The notes under the pieces: model-generated
Database searches by the model: none
Told to the model about the DNA's origin: nothing
Seen by the model: the letters and a program-made list of their open reading frames with translations, nothing else
Part shown: piece by piece, positions 25,554 to 34,228 of the stretch
How positions within the stretch are numbered: the first letter of the stretch is position 1
Layout: each line of letters begins with the position of its first letter
Translations under genes and position numbers: made by a program
Source of the DNA: a virus
Strand: one strand, 5' to 3'
Virus record (IMG/VR): IMGVR_UViG_3300044971_004534
DNA: 64,000 nucleotides

Positions 25554-26648
25554 GTGTATGATTATGTAATCGTTGGATCTGGAATATTCGGAGCTGTTTG
25601 TGCAAGAGAGCTAACAGATAGTGGTAAAAAATGTCTTGTAATAGACAAGAGGAATCATATTGGCGGAAACTGTTATACTGAAAATTATAATGGCATAAAT
25701 GTTCACAAATATGGTCCACATATTTTTCATACCAATAGTGATTATGTTTGGAATTATGTAGGCAAATATTGTGCATTTCATAAATACTCTCATCGTGTCA
25801 AGGTTATTTACAAAGATAATATTTATTCTTTTCCAATAAATCTAATGACTCTTTATCAAGTGTGGGGGGTCAAAAGTCCACATGAAGCAGAAGAAAAATT
25901 AAAGTCTATTAGAAAAAATATAAAAAACCCAAAAAACATGGAAGAATGGGCTGTTTCTCAAATAGGAGAAGAACTTTATACTATATTTATACGTGATTAT
26001 ACAAAAAAACAGTGGGGAAAAGATCCTTCAGAATTACCAGCTGGCATCTTAAAAAGATTGCCAATTAGAATGAATTTTAATGATGATTATTTTGAAGACA
26101 AATATTGCGGTATACCTGTTGGGGGATACACTGGTATATTTGAAAAAATGCTTGACGGTATAGAAGTGCATTTGTCAACTGATTATTTTTCAGATAAAAA
26201 TACATTTGCAAGACTAGGTTCAAAAATAATATATACAGGGGGATTAGATGAATTTTTTGATTATGATCTTGGGAAACTTGAATGGAGAAGTTTAAAATTT
26301 GATCATTTACATCTAAATGTCAAAGACTTTCAAGGATGCTCAATTGTAAATTATCCAGAAATAAACATTCCGTATACACGTATTTGTGAGCACAAACATT
26401 TTGAAAATGGCAATCAAAGCCATACTGTAATAACAAAAGAATATCCAGACGCATGGGAAGTGGGAAAAGAAAAATACTATCCAGTAAATGATGAAAAAAA
26501 TAATATACTTTCAAAAAAGTACAAAAACAGAATAGACAACAGTAAATACATATTAGGTGGAAGGCTTGCAGACTATATGTATTATGATATGCATCAAGTT
26601 TTTGCATCAGCACTTGCTGCAGTAAAATCGGAGTTAAACAATGCATAA
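25554..26648 (+). CDS. glf: UDP-galactopyranose mutase
   Basis: GTG start preceded by AAAGGAAA. (M)YDYVIVGSGIFGAVCARELTDSGKKCLVIDKRNHIGGNCYTE...HKYGPHIFHTN...YTKKQWG...GIPVGGYT...YRSLKF...YTRICEHKHF...YYPVND...GGRLADYMYYDMHQV tracks E. coli Glf as I recall it, nearly end to end. Confidence 0.9.
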   Translation: MYDYVIVGSGIFGAVCARELTDSGKKCLVIDKRNHIGGNCYTENYNGINVHKYGPHIFHTNSDYVWNYVGKYCAFHKYSHRVKVIYKDNIYSFPINLMTLYQVWGVKSPHEAEEKLKSIRKNIKNPKNMEEWAVSQIGEELYTIFIRDYTKKQWGKDPSELPAGILKRLPIRMNFNDDYFEDKYCGIPVGGYTGIFEKMLDGIEVHLSTDYFSDKNTFARLGSKIIYTGGLDEFFDYDLGKLEWRSLKFDHLHLNVKDFQGCSIVNYPEINIPYTRICEHKHFENGNQSHTVITKEYPDAWEVGKEKYYPVNDEKNNILSKKYKNRIDNSKYILGGRLADYMYYDMHQVFASALAAVKSELNNA

Positions 26649-27336
26649 GCCACTTTTTTTGTTTATGTATCACAAAAATGATGTTGTCACAAGAAGTACT
26701 TACAATCAATTAGAAAAAACTGAAAGTAGACATAGCATAGTTCCTATCTGTGAATACAATTCTTATTTGCCAAATACATATAATTGTTCCACAGAGCCAT
26801 GGCAATTTCATCATCATGAAACATGGGTGCGCGCTGATAGTCTAATATATAAATATGTGCTTGAAAAAGCAAGATACGTAAGAAAGCATAGTGCTGTAGT
26901 TATATTAGAATGGGACGTTTGGTGGAATCCGGTCTCCACAGAATGGATTAATAGGACGCTTGCAGACGCTGATATGGCAGGTCCTGAAATAATGACCCAG
27001 CAGAGAGATCCAGGATGGGGATGGTTTAACGAGTCTTGTAATAATATGATAAAAAAGTATATGTTAGGTATAAGGCCATTTTCAGTCATTATTTGTAGAC
27101 CAGAAATATTAGTAAAAGCATCAAAATTTATTAGAGATAATAAATTTATGCATAATGTAAAAAATTGCGAAGTAAGATTTGCTACCGCTTTTAATGCTGT
27201 ACAGGGCAAAATAGGATTGCTGCCAGATAAATACGCAAAAACAATAAAATGGCATGAGTGGGATTTGAATTGTGGCAAGCAAGATGTTATTATACATCCA
27301 GTAAAAACAGAATCGCAACTATTGCGCGTAAGATAA
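26641..27336 (+). CDS. hypothetical protein (last gene of the glycan cluster)
   Basis: 231-aa ORF overlapping the glf stop by 8 nt. No recognisable motif. Confidence 0.55.
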   Translation: MHKPLFLFMYHKNDVVTRSTYNQLEKTESRHSIVPICEYNSYLPNTYNCSTEPWQFHHHETWVRADSLIYKYVLEKARYVRKHSAVVILEWDVWWNPVSTEWINRTLADADMAGPEIMTQQRDPGWGWFNESCNNMIKKYMLGIRPFSVIICRPEILVKASKFIRDNKFMHNVKNCEVRFATAFNAVQGKIGLLPDKYAKTIKWHEWDLNCGKQDVIIHPVKTESQLLRVR

Positions 27337-27401
27337 TATTTATATTAAAAGAAAAAACTAAAAATTGTAGAAATAATAAAAATGCTAACAGGTACATAAT
27401 T

Positions 27402-27692
27402 ATGATAAAAATAGAGTCTAATTATTTCAAAAAACAAGCAAATGTCCAGATGTCTATTGTTCACTTTGAGCAAGATGCAGACGGGTGGCACTATGTTGAT
27501 GAGTCTTATGTTGATCCAAGTAGAAATGAAGAGGATCAGATAAATTCTTTTATAGAAAATAGTATTAGCAAAAGCATGAACCTTAAAGAAGCTGGACAAA
27601 ATATTTTTGTTTCAGATCAAGATATGTTCAAATTAAAAAATAGTAATAAAAAATTCACAATTAAAAATGGAAAGGTAACCGTACATGTCTAG
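27402..27692 (+). CDS. hypothetical protein
   Basis: Internal ATG (MIKIESNYFKKQ) of listed ORF 27258..27692. The upstream part overlaps the previous gene. Confidence 0.5.
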   Translation: MIKIESNYFKKQANVQMSIVHFEQDADGWHYVDESYVDPSRNEEDQINSFIENSISKSMNLKEAGQNIFVSDQDMFKLKNSNKKFTIKNGKVTVHV

Positions 27693-28620
27693 CTCAAATA
27701 TTCCAGTTGAAGTGATTGAAGATGCAAGATCGTTGGCAGAACGCAACGGCACGACTATTGGTATTTGGGAAGCACAGCCAAATAAGGGAAACAGAGGCTT
27801 TGTTGTGATGCCTACAGAAAACATGCATAAGTTTACTGAAAGAATAGAGATAAAAGGTTTTACTACAAATCCCACCGGTGAAGAGATTATTCCTAATCCT
27901 ATAACAACTATTGATCCACCCGTCAAATACAGAAGAGGTACTGATCTTTATAGAAGGCAAAGATCTGGGTGGAGAAAGCAACCAAAAACTGAACAAGAAA
28001 TTGGAGTAAGAAATATTGAATTAACAGCTCCAGATTTGAGGCTTGTGGCTAAAGTAAAAATGAATAAAAACGAGTGGGTTAAAATTGGAGAGTCTCAAGG
28101 TTGGATTAAGTCTAAAGATGATCCGGCAAATATGAAAGTGGCTCTCCCTGTTCTTCCCTTGCTAGGAGTTGCTGCTAATTTAGCTTCTCCTTTTATTATA
28201 AATTGGATGATGAGCTCTGGAGAGCAACCATCGCAAGATCCACAGCAGTTTCAGGGACAGATGCAACAAATGAGTCAAGAAGTGAAACAGCAAGCAGATC
28301 AAGTGTTAAAGCCGACGATACAGGCGATACAGCAGCAGGCTGCTAGATTAAATGCATACTGTGCTAATGATACTCAGTCTCCACCATGCCCACCAGATGG
28401 AGAAGTAAAAGATATAAATAAATTCAAACAAAAATTAACTCAAATACAGCAAAAAATGAAAAGCACACAATTTAGCAACGATCCAATGTATGTGTGTCAG
28501 CTATATAGAGAAGCACTTGAATTAAATTCTTGTGCTGCATCTGTTATTGGCATGATTAATGAAGTTAAAAATAATATGCAGAATATGGAATTTAATCCTG
28601 CAGCGAATTTAAGACTGTGA
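27685..28620 (+). CDS. tag / hydrophobic-segment / Q-rich family protein (member C) with an extra N-terminal domain
   Basis: The tag KMNKNEWVKIGESQGWIKSKDD is internal (about residue 126). It is followed by ALPVLPLLGVAANLASPFIINWMM and the Q-rich QDPQQFQGQMQQMSQEVKQQADQ. Confidence 0.7.
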   Translation: MSSSNIPVEVIEDARSLAERNGTTIGIWEAQPNKGNRGFVVMPTENMHKFTERIEIKGFTTNPTGEEIIPNPITTIDPPVKYRRGTDLYRRQRSGWRKQPKTEQEIGVRNIELTAPDLRLVAKVKMNKNEWVKIGESQGWIKSKDDPANMKVALPVLPLLGVAANLASPFIINWMMSSGEQPSQDPQQFQGQMQQMSQEVKQQADQVLKPTIQAIQQQAARLNAYCANDTQSPPCPPDGEVKDINKFKQKLTQIQQKMKSTQFSNDPMYVCQLYREALELNSCAASVIGMINEVKNNMQNMEFNPAANLRL

Positions 28621-28629
28621 AATTATCTC

Positions 28630-30114
28630 ATGATTAAGAAGAGCATATCTGAAGAATTTTTGAGAAGCCAAGATCCAAGGCTACTTTCTCCTCTTATGTC
28701 TGGAGACAGCAAGTCTTATGCTACTGTAATGATGTATAAATCTTTAGATCAAATGGACGCAAGCGCAGAGATGAAACAAGCTTTAAGTAAGATTGTAGAA
28801 GATGCAAAAGTTAAATTTCCTGATTTTTCCTTTAATCAAGTCCCTTATTATTGGCTCATCAAAGCTTCTAAAGCAAAATATGCTGCTATTAATATACGCA
28901 GCTTTGATGGTAAAACAATTCCAATATTAATAATTCGCCAACATAAAGATAAGGGAGTTGTAATTGGTTATGATTATGTCAACTTAAATAGTGGTCAATT
29001 AGTGTATGCAAGATCTGCTGAATTAATCCAGCCAGTTACCGAAGCATTGCATGGCATGAAGTCGGAAAGTTTAAGTACACTAATTAAGCTCAATAGGGCT
29101 ACTCAGTTTCTTATTAGAGACAAAGAGTCTTGGGCTAGGAATGAAAGGCTTGCTGCTTATGAAAGGGGAGATGTTTCCAATCTTATCCCAGCCATATCTA
29201 TGTTGCAAAAGTGTGAAGAGATATTGACACTACGCATAGAGAGATTGAAAAACATAGTCATTTATTATCAAAATCAAAGTAACACAATTACCTCAGAAGG
29301 ACCACCATCTGTTTTTGAAGATGTGGCTAAGCTTATTGATGAAGAAATTCAGACAAAAGGCTCAAAGTTTATTAAAACAGAACAAGACGCAATACATGCA
29401 TTAGTCATGAGATACTTAGGTAAGTCTGGTGAATTTGAACAAAAAATAAAGTCTGGATCACTTTCAAATATCTTGCCAGATCCATCTGGAAAGCAAAGAC
29501 ACAATGTTAAAGATATACTAGAAGTTGCTTTTAAAATTGTTAAAGAAATTGATGCAGAGGCTGCAAGAAAAAGAGAATCTAGAAAAACATACACTAAAGA
29601 AAGAACTGAAGCTATAGAAAAACCTCAAGAGTTACCAGATACAGAATCTCACCCAATTTTTAAACAGATTACTGCTCCAATAACTGAGGAAAGTTTTAAA
29701 GATATTCTACCTGGAAACATCAAAGGATTTCAACATGCAGGCATGTGGATAGGTGAAAAATATGCAGTAGAGATTAATGAAACAAACTTAAAATTAAATG
29801 CCATGAATAAGATGCTATCAGCTGTTCAGTCAATAATAAAAGTTTTACAGTTAAAGAGAGATACGAAAAAACTTTCAGTAAGTAATTTTAGCAAACAAGA
29901 TCTTAGTGAACTAAGAGACGCTCTCGCTGCATGCATGACTCTTGTAAATTCTTATAAGCAAAGTGTGGTAACAAAAGAAAACAAACTTAATAAGAATATA
30001 GTTCATTCCATATTTGGAGATGCTGCAATGGACTTTTTTGTAGCAAGGTATATTGCAGTAATGATCAAATATATAGAGATGGTGTTCGTTAAATCATATA
30101 AAGAGGCAACATGA
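28630..30114 (+). CDS. hypothetical protein
   Basis: 494-aa ORF with no recognisable motif. ATGA-coupled to the next gene. Confidence 0.7.
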   Translation: MIKKSISEEFLRSQDPRLLSPLMSGDSKSYATVMMYKSLDQMDASAEMKQALSKIVEDAKVKFPDFSFNQVPYYWLIKASKAKYAAINIRSFDGKTIPILIIRQHKDKGVVIGYDYVNLNSGQLVYARSAELIQPVTEALHGMKSESLSTLIKLNRATQFLIRDKESWARNERLAAYERGDVSNLIPAISMLQKCEEILTLRIERLKNIVIYYQNQSNTITSEGPPSVFEDVAKLIDEEIQTKGSKFIKTEQDAIHALVMRYLGKSGEFEQKIKSGSLSNILPDPSGKQRHNVKDILEVAFKIVKEIDAEAARKRESRKTYTKERTEAIEKPQELPDTESHPIFKQITAPITEESFKDILPGNIKGFQHAGMWIGEKYAVEINETNLKLNAMNKMLSAVQSIIKVLQLKRDTKKLSVSNFSKQDLSELRDALAACMTLVNSYKQSVVTKENKLNKNIVHSIFGDAAMDFFVARYIAVMIKYIEMVFVKSYKEAT

Positions 30115-30575
30115 ATAATTGGTATAAAATTTCGCAAGCAAAAGGAGCTCCTCCCCCGCCGCCACCACCCCCGCCACCGCCGCCCGGAGTACCTCCGCCA
30201 CCTCCTGGAGGTGCTGCTCCTGCCGGTCCTTCTGAGCAGCGCGTAGGAACAGTTTCAGGAGTAGACGCAGAAGAAGTTAATGAGATTAAAAAAGATGATA
30301 AAAAATTGCTTAAAAAATTAAATAAGCATTTTAAAAACGCTATCGATTCTGGTCACGATATTGAATTGTCTGCAATTATGGCAATTATGGCAAATGGATC
30401 TACGTTAAGTCCTGGGCAGCTAGATATAGCAGAAACATTTGACCCTGATTTCCCCGAACAAGATCCTCCCTTCATAAGGTCAATCATAGGAATTCATTTG
30501 GGGACTAAGGCGCCAGGTCAGGCTACTCCTGATGGAGCCACAGGAGCTCCACCACCGCCTCCTCCAGGTCTATAA
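30111..30575 (+). CDS. polyproline protein with N-terminal MNNWYKISQ tag
   Basis: MNNWYKISQAKGA-P12-GVPPPPPGG ... GAPPPPPPGL. Proline tracts lie at both ends of a ~100-aa helical core. Confidence 0.75.
   Translation: MNNWYKISQAKGAPPPPPPPPPPPPGVPPPPPGGAAPAGPSEQRVGTVSGVDAEEVNEIKKDDKKLLKKLNKHFKNAIDSGHDIELSAIMAIMANGSTLSPGQLDIAETFDPDFPEQDPPFIRSIIGIHLGTKAPGQATPDGATGAPPPPPPGL
30150..30206 (+). repeat. GC-rich CCN run encoding P12-GV-P5
   Basis: cct ccc ccg ccg cca cca ccc ccg cca ccg ccg ccc gga gta cct ccg cca cct cct. This is a local GC island in an AT-rich genome. Confidence 0.9.
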
Positions 30576-30576
30576 A

Positions 30577-31209
30577 ATGGAAAAGTATCCATTTAGTTTA
30601 CCAGAACTTAAGTATGAATACAGTTTTCTCGAGCCGGAAATATCTCGAGAGACTATGAAGTTGCACCATAGTAAGCATCACAAGTCTTATGTTGAAAAAC
30701 TTAATGAATTTGTTAATGGTAACGATTTTTTAATGGAATTACCCATAGACCAATTAATAAGTAAAAAAACTTTAGATGAACTTGATGATGATTTAGCTCA
30801 AAAGATTAGAGACTTTGGTGGTGGTCACATGAACCATATCATGTACTTTAATATGTTTGAAGGCGGTCATAAAAAAGTAGGAAAAATGCTAGAATCTCTT
30901 ATTAAGAGAGACTTTGGAGATTTTAAAACTTTTGAAAAAGAGTTTAAGCAAAAATCTCAAGACCACTTTGGATCTGGATGGTGCTGGCTTATTTTAAACA
31001 AACATGGTCTTAAAATAAAGACAACAACCAATCAAGACAGTCCATTAAATACAGAAGTATGCAAAGTCATCATGGGTGTAGATCTGTGGGAGCACAGTTA
31101 CTATGTTGATTTTAGAAATAGAAAAAAGGAATATATAGACAAAATTTGGGAAAAGATAAATTGGAGAGACCTAGATAACATAATTTTGGAGGCAGAATAT
31201 GTCAAATGA
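30577..31209 (+). CDS. Fe/Mn superoxide dismutase
   Basis: The ATG at 30577 gives MEKYPFSLPELKYEYSFLEPEISRETMKLHHSKHHKSYVEKLN. The C-terminal metal-ligand motif is DLWEHSYY. Confidence 0.9.
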   Translation: MEKYPFSLPELKYEYSFLEPEISRETMKLHHSKHHKSYVEKLNEFVNGNDFLMELPIDQLISKKTLDELDDDLAQKIRDFGGGHMNHIMYFNMFEGGHKKVGKMLESLIKRDFGDFKTFEKEFKQKSQDHFGSGWCWLILNKHGLKIKTTTNQDSPLNTEVCKVIMGVDLWEHSYYVDFRNRKKEYIDKIWEKINWRDLDNIILEAEYVK

Positions 31210-31492
31210 AGATGATGCACAAAACTGGTACTTAAGATCTTTGCAGAATATTGCTGACAGCATAGGTCAAGCAAGAATGACAAAATCTGCTTCTCTCAAA
31301 AAAGCTATATCTGAATCATTTGATGTTTCTATATCAACTGATCAAGCAAAAGATATGATGAAACTTATGTCTGAAAATTACAAATCAAAAGACAGAGTAA
31401 GTTACATGTCTTCTAAGCTTGTAGAAATTCTTAAGATAGAAGAATCAGATTGCAAAAAAATTGCATCGTTTTTATCTAACTTCAAGAAGTAA
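31199..31492 (+). CDS. hypothetical protein
   Basis: 97-aa ORF overlapping the SOD gene end by 11 nt. Confidence 0.55.
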   Translation: MSNEDDAQNWYLRSLQNIADSIGQARMTKSASLKKAISESFDVSISTDQAKDMMKLMSENYKSKDRVSYMSSKLVEILKIEESDCKKIASFLSNFKK

Positions 31493-32480
31493 GTTTAGTC
31501 ACAAAAAAATAGGGAAATTGAATTAGACTTAACAACCTTAGGTCAACATTTGGCAATATTTCTTTGCCACAGTTAAAACATGGATCATCGCTATCATTAA
31601 AGGGGTGTCCAGGATACCCACCCTCTCCACCTACAGCATATAATATTGGATTGTATGTTTTAAATTCATATACAGTAGGTGTCGTAGTAATGTCTAATCT
31701 ATCAAAATTTGTAAAGTACATAGGATAATTGCTTATGTCAGTTGGCAATATATTAGCCACTGAAGAGTATCCGCTGTCTGATCCCTCAAACTCTCTAACT
31801 TTTCTGATGCTACCATCTATATTGGCGTTTATTCCCTCTTTGCAAGAAATGATAAGAATAAAAGAAAGAGACGACCATGGATGTTTCATTCCCTCAAATG
31901 TATTTTGTTGAGTAAGTATTAATCCACTATTGTAGCGTATTCTTCCGTCGCTTCCTACTTCATTTGGGTCGGGGGATAGCGAATAAACATTTTCGTCAAG
32001 ATATGTTATTGGGTTTACTTTACTTCCATCAACCAAGTAATACTTAACTCCTCCATATCTACGAAGCCAATATCCTTTAAGCTTTGAAGTACCGTCTAAA
32101 TTGTCATTAAAATACTTACTGTTAACTGCTAATTTAAGGCTAAAGCTGTCATCTACCAAATGTATTCTAGCACCACTGTAATAGTCTAAATCAATCGTAA
32201 ACTGCCAGTCTGCAATATTTATAAGATTGGGACTAGTACTATTTGGAAAACTTAAATCTCTTTTTATCAGAGATGATGAGCATCCATTGTGTATAAAGTT
32301 ATCTAAATAGCCTCTTCTAGAATTAATGCTTACTTTTGAATTAGATAGAGATATTCCAGTATCATAACCGTTTCCGTCACATATATTTCTTTCTGCTGAA
32401 GTTATACCACTGTTAGAGCCAGCTATATTCAGCACGGACTTATGTATTTCTGAAACTTTTTTGTTAGTTAAATTTGGCAT
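31482..32480 (-). CDS. hypothetical (structural?) protein sharing an N-terminal module with 32484..33749
   Basis: KSVLNIAGSNSGITSAERNICDGNGYDTGISLSNSKVSINS parallels YGDILVIGDLYNGLSATMEFVTDGLGNNTNIKCSKHSIDIN in the upstream gene. Confidence 0.65.
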   Translation of the reverse strand: MPNLTNKKVSEIHKSVLNIAGSNSGITSAERNICDGNGYDTGISLSNSKVSINSRRGYLDNFIHNGCSSSLIKRDLSFPNSTSPNLINIADWQFTIDLDYYSGARIHLVDDSFSLKLAVNSKYFNDNLDGTSKLKGYWLRRYGGVKYYLVDGSKVNPITYLDENVYSLSPDPNEVGSDGRIRYNSGLILTQQNTFEGMKHPWSSLSFILIISCKEGINANIDGSIRKVREFEGSDSGYSSVANILPTDISNYPMYFTNFDRLDITTTPTVYEFKTYNPILYAVGGEGGYPGHPFNDSDDPCFNCGKEILPNVDLRLLSLIQFPYFFVTKLTS

Positions 32481-32483
32481 ATG

Positions 32484-33749
32484 TTAATAGGCAAAAACTT
32501 CTTCTATAGATGTGTTATACAAAACAATATAATTGTTTATTGAATTAAATGTAGATAGTCCTGCAGTTATGATTTTTTCATTATAAATACTTTGACTATT
32601 TGTATTGATAAATCTAACGTTTAATTTAAAGTTACTTACAGTATCGTGTACTGTGCTAATTTTACAATTAAATACATTTGTTTCTAAAGAATTAGAGGCT
32701 TCTTGATAAGGAACATTTGATATATCAATATTGATATAAAAAGTTTTTACTTCAGCTGAAGAGGATGTATATTTTATTATGATGTGATCTTTAATGTTTT
32801 CTTTAATCGTATATGTATCATTAGAGTCGTTAATTGAAAGCAAAAAAGGAGATATAGATGAAGAACCAAAAATTCCATCATTTATGAATCCTCCATTTGA
32901 GCTTATACTCACTTCACTGTTGGAAAGACTTATAAGAGAATTATTACCAGCCCCATCTTGCAATTGTTCAAGTGCGGTATCAAGTCCCGAACCATTATTG
33001 TTCAAGTATAATAAGTCTCTGTACGACCCCCCAGGAGATGCTTTAGACAAGGGAACTGCAGACTTAGAAGATTTTCCCAGCCTTACGTAGTCTCCGTACA
33101 AGTTAGTTGAGTCCTCACATAAAGATTTTAGTCTTGTAAGGTCTGGTTGTCCACCAGATTTAAAAAAGTCTTCGCTTTCTAATGAAACAAAAAACTCTCC
33201 ACCTAGTCCTATATTTTCACTAAAAAACTCTACCTTAATAACAGAAACACTTTTATTTGTTTGTTTAAAATAAGAGGTCAGGCCATTAATCACATATCCA
33301 TCTGAAGATGTAAAAACAACATTAGAGTCTACTCCTGCGTTGCTATATAGTATTTTGGTTACTGCATAAATTGGTGATGAAGAGAATTTATCAACAAAAG
33401 AAGGGGGCAACAAGTTTACGGTTAACTCGTAATCTTCAGATACATATGGATCAGAATAATATGTAATTAAAGCAACTTCAGCTGGATTGCCAATACGAAT
33501 TGTATGATAGCCAGACCATGAAGATCTAATAAGATCAAATTTATAACATGCAGAATTAAACCTGTACGATGTAAGTTCTCCTCCGTTAAAATTTATATCA
33601 ATACTGTGTTTGGAACACTTGATATTCGTATTATTGCCAAGTCCATCAGTAACAAACTCCATAGTGGCTGAAAGGCCATTATAGAGATCTCCTATTACTA
33701 GGATATCACCATATGATTCTGATGGAGTTTTACCTTTTAATCCGCTCAT
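32484..33749 (-). CDS. hypothetical (structural?) protein with an internally duplicated module
   Basis: Two copies of SY.D[IL]L......G[LS]......DG.GN...I.[CL]S...[IV].I..NGG, at about residues 12-58 and 242-288. Confidence 0.65.
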   Translation of the reverse strand: MSGLKGKTPSESYGDILVIGDLYNGLSATMEFVTDGLGNNTNIKCSKHSIDINFNGGELTSYRFNSACYKFDLIRSSWSGYHTIRIGNPAEVALITYYSDPYVSEDYELTVNLLPPSFVDKFSSSPIYAVTKILYSNAGVDSNVVFTSSDGYVINGLTSYFKQTNKSVSVIKVEFFSENIGLGGEFFVSLESEDFFKSGGQPDLTRLKSLCEDSTNLYGDYVRLGKSSKSAVPLSKASPGGSYRDLLYLNNNGSGLDTALEQLQDGAGNNSLISLSNSEVSISSNGGFINDGIFGSSSISPFLLSINDSNDTYTIKENIKDHIIIKYTSSSAEVKTFYINIDISNVPYQEASNSLETNVFNCKISTVHDTVSNFKLNVRFINTNSQSIYNEKIITAGLSTFNSINNYIVLYNTSIEEVFAY

Positions 33750-34183
33750 ACATTCATTTCTGAACCAACAAACGATATGTTGCTGATGTCATTGACTCTG
33801 ATAAAATCTTCTGCCGGATTAAAAACTCCAGAAAAACCTAAATACAAGATTGTTTTCCATTCATGATTGATTAAAGAATCATCTGGACTAGAAGTAAGCA
33901 CCTGTTTTAAAAGAGCAAAGTGTTTAGGTATAGATGTGCAAGCTATTTTGGCTTTAGGCTTTATTCTAACTTTCACTGTATATTTAGACTTTGGATTTTC
34001 TTTGTATAGCTTAATAAAACCTGTTTTTTTAATTTGGTCTTCTGCTTGTTTAAAAAACTTATTTACGTTTCCAGATTCGGCATCAAAAGAGACGAAATAG
34101 ACCTTGTCCTGGTCTCTAGAAATGGTTCTACCAAGAGCATCTTTCACTATTTGCTTTGTTTGCTTATCATTTTGAGGTTCCAT
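33746..34183 (-). CDS. hypothetical protein
   Basis: 145-aa ORF, first gene of the minus-strand trio, with an ATGA overlap to the next gene. Confidence 0.6.
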   Translation of the reverse strand: MEPQNDKQTKQIVKDALGRTISRDQDKVYFVSFDAESGNVNKFFKQAEDQIKKTGFIKLYKENPKSKYTVKVRIKPKAKIACTSIPKHFALLKQVLTSSPDDSLINHEWKTILYLGFSGVFNPAEDFIRVNDISNISFVGSEMNV

Positions 34184-34228
34184 ATGGATATTTACCCAAT
34201 ACGTACTCTGTAACCTTTTGGAGGCATT

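Noticed and set aside
30111-30575. The polyproline (FH1/WASP-like) protein as evidence for a eukaryotic virus
   Set aside because: The surrounding genes use Shine-Dalgarno sites, rho-independent terminators, a sigma-70-family factor, a lipobox, an OM barrel and PEP-CTERM-like tails. All of these point to a bacterial host.
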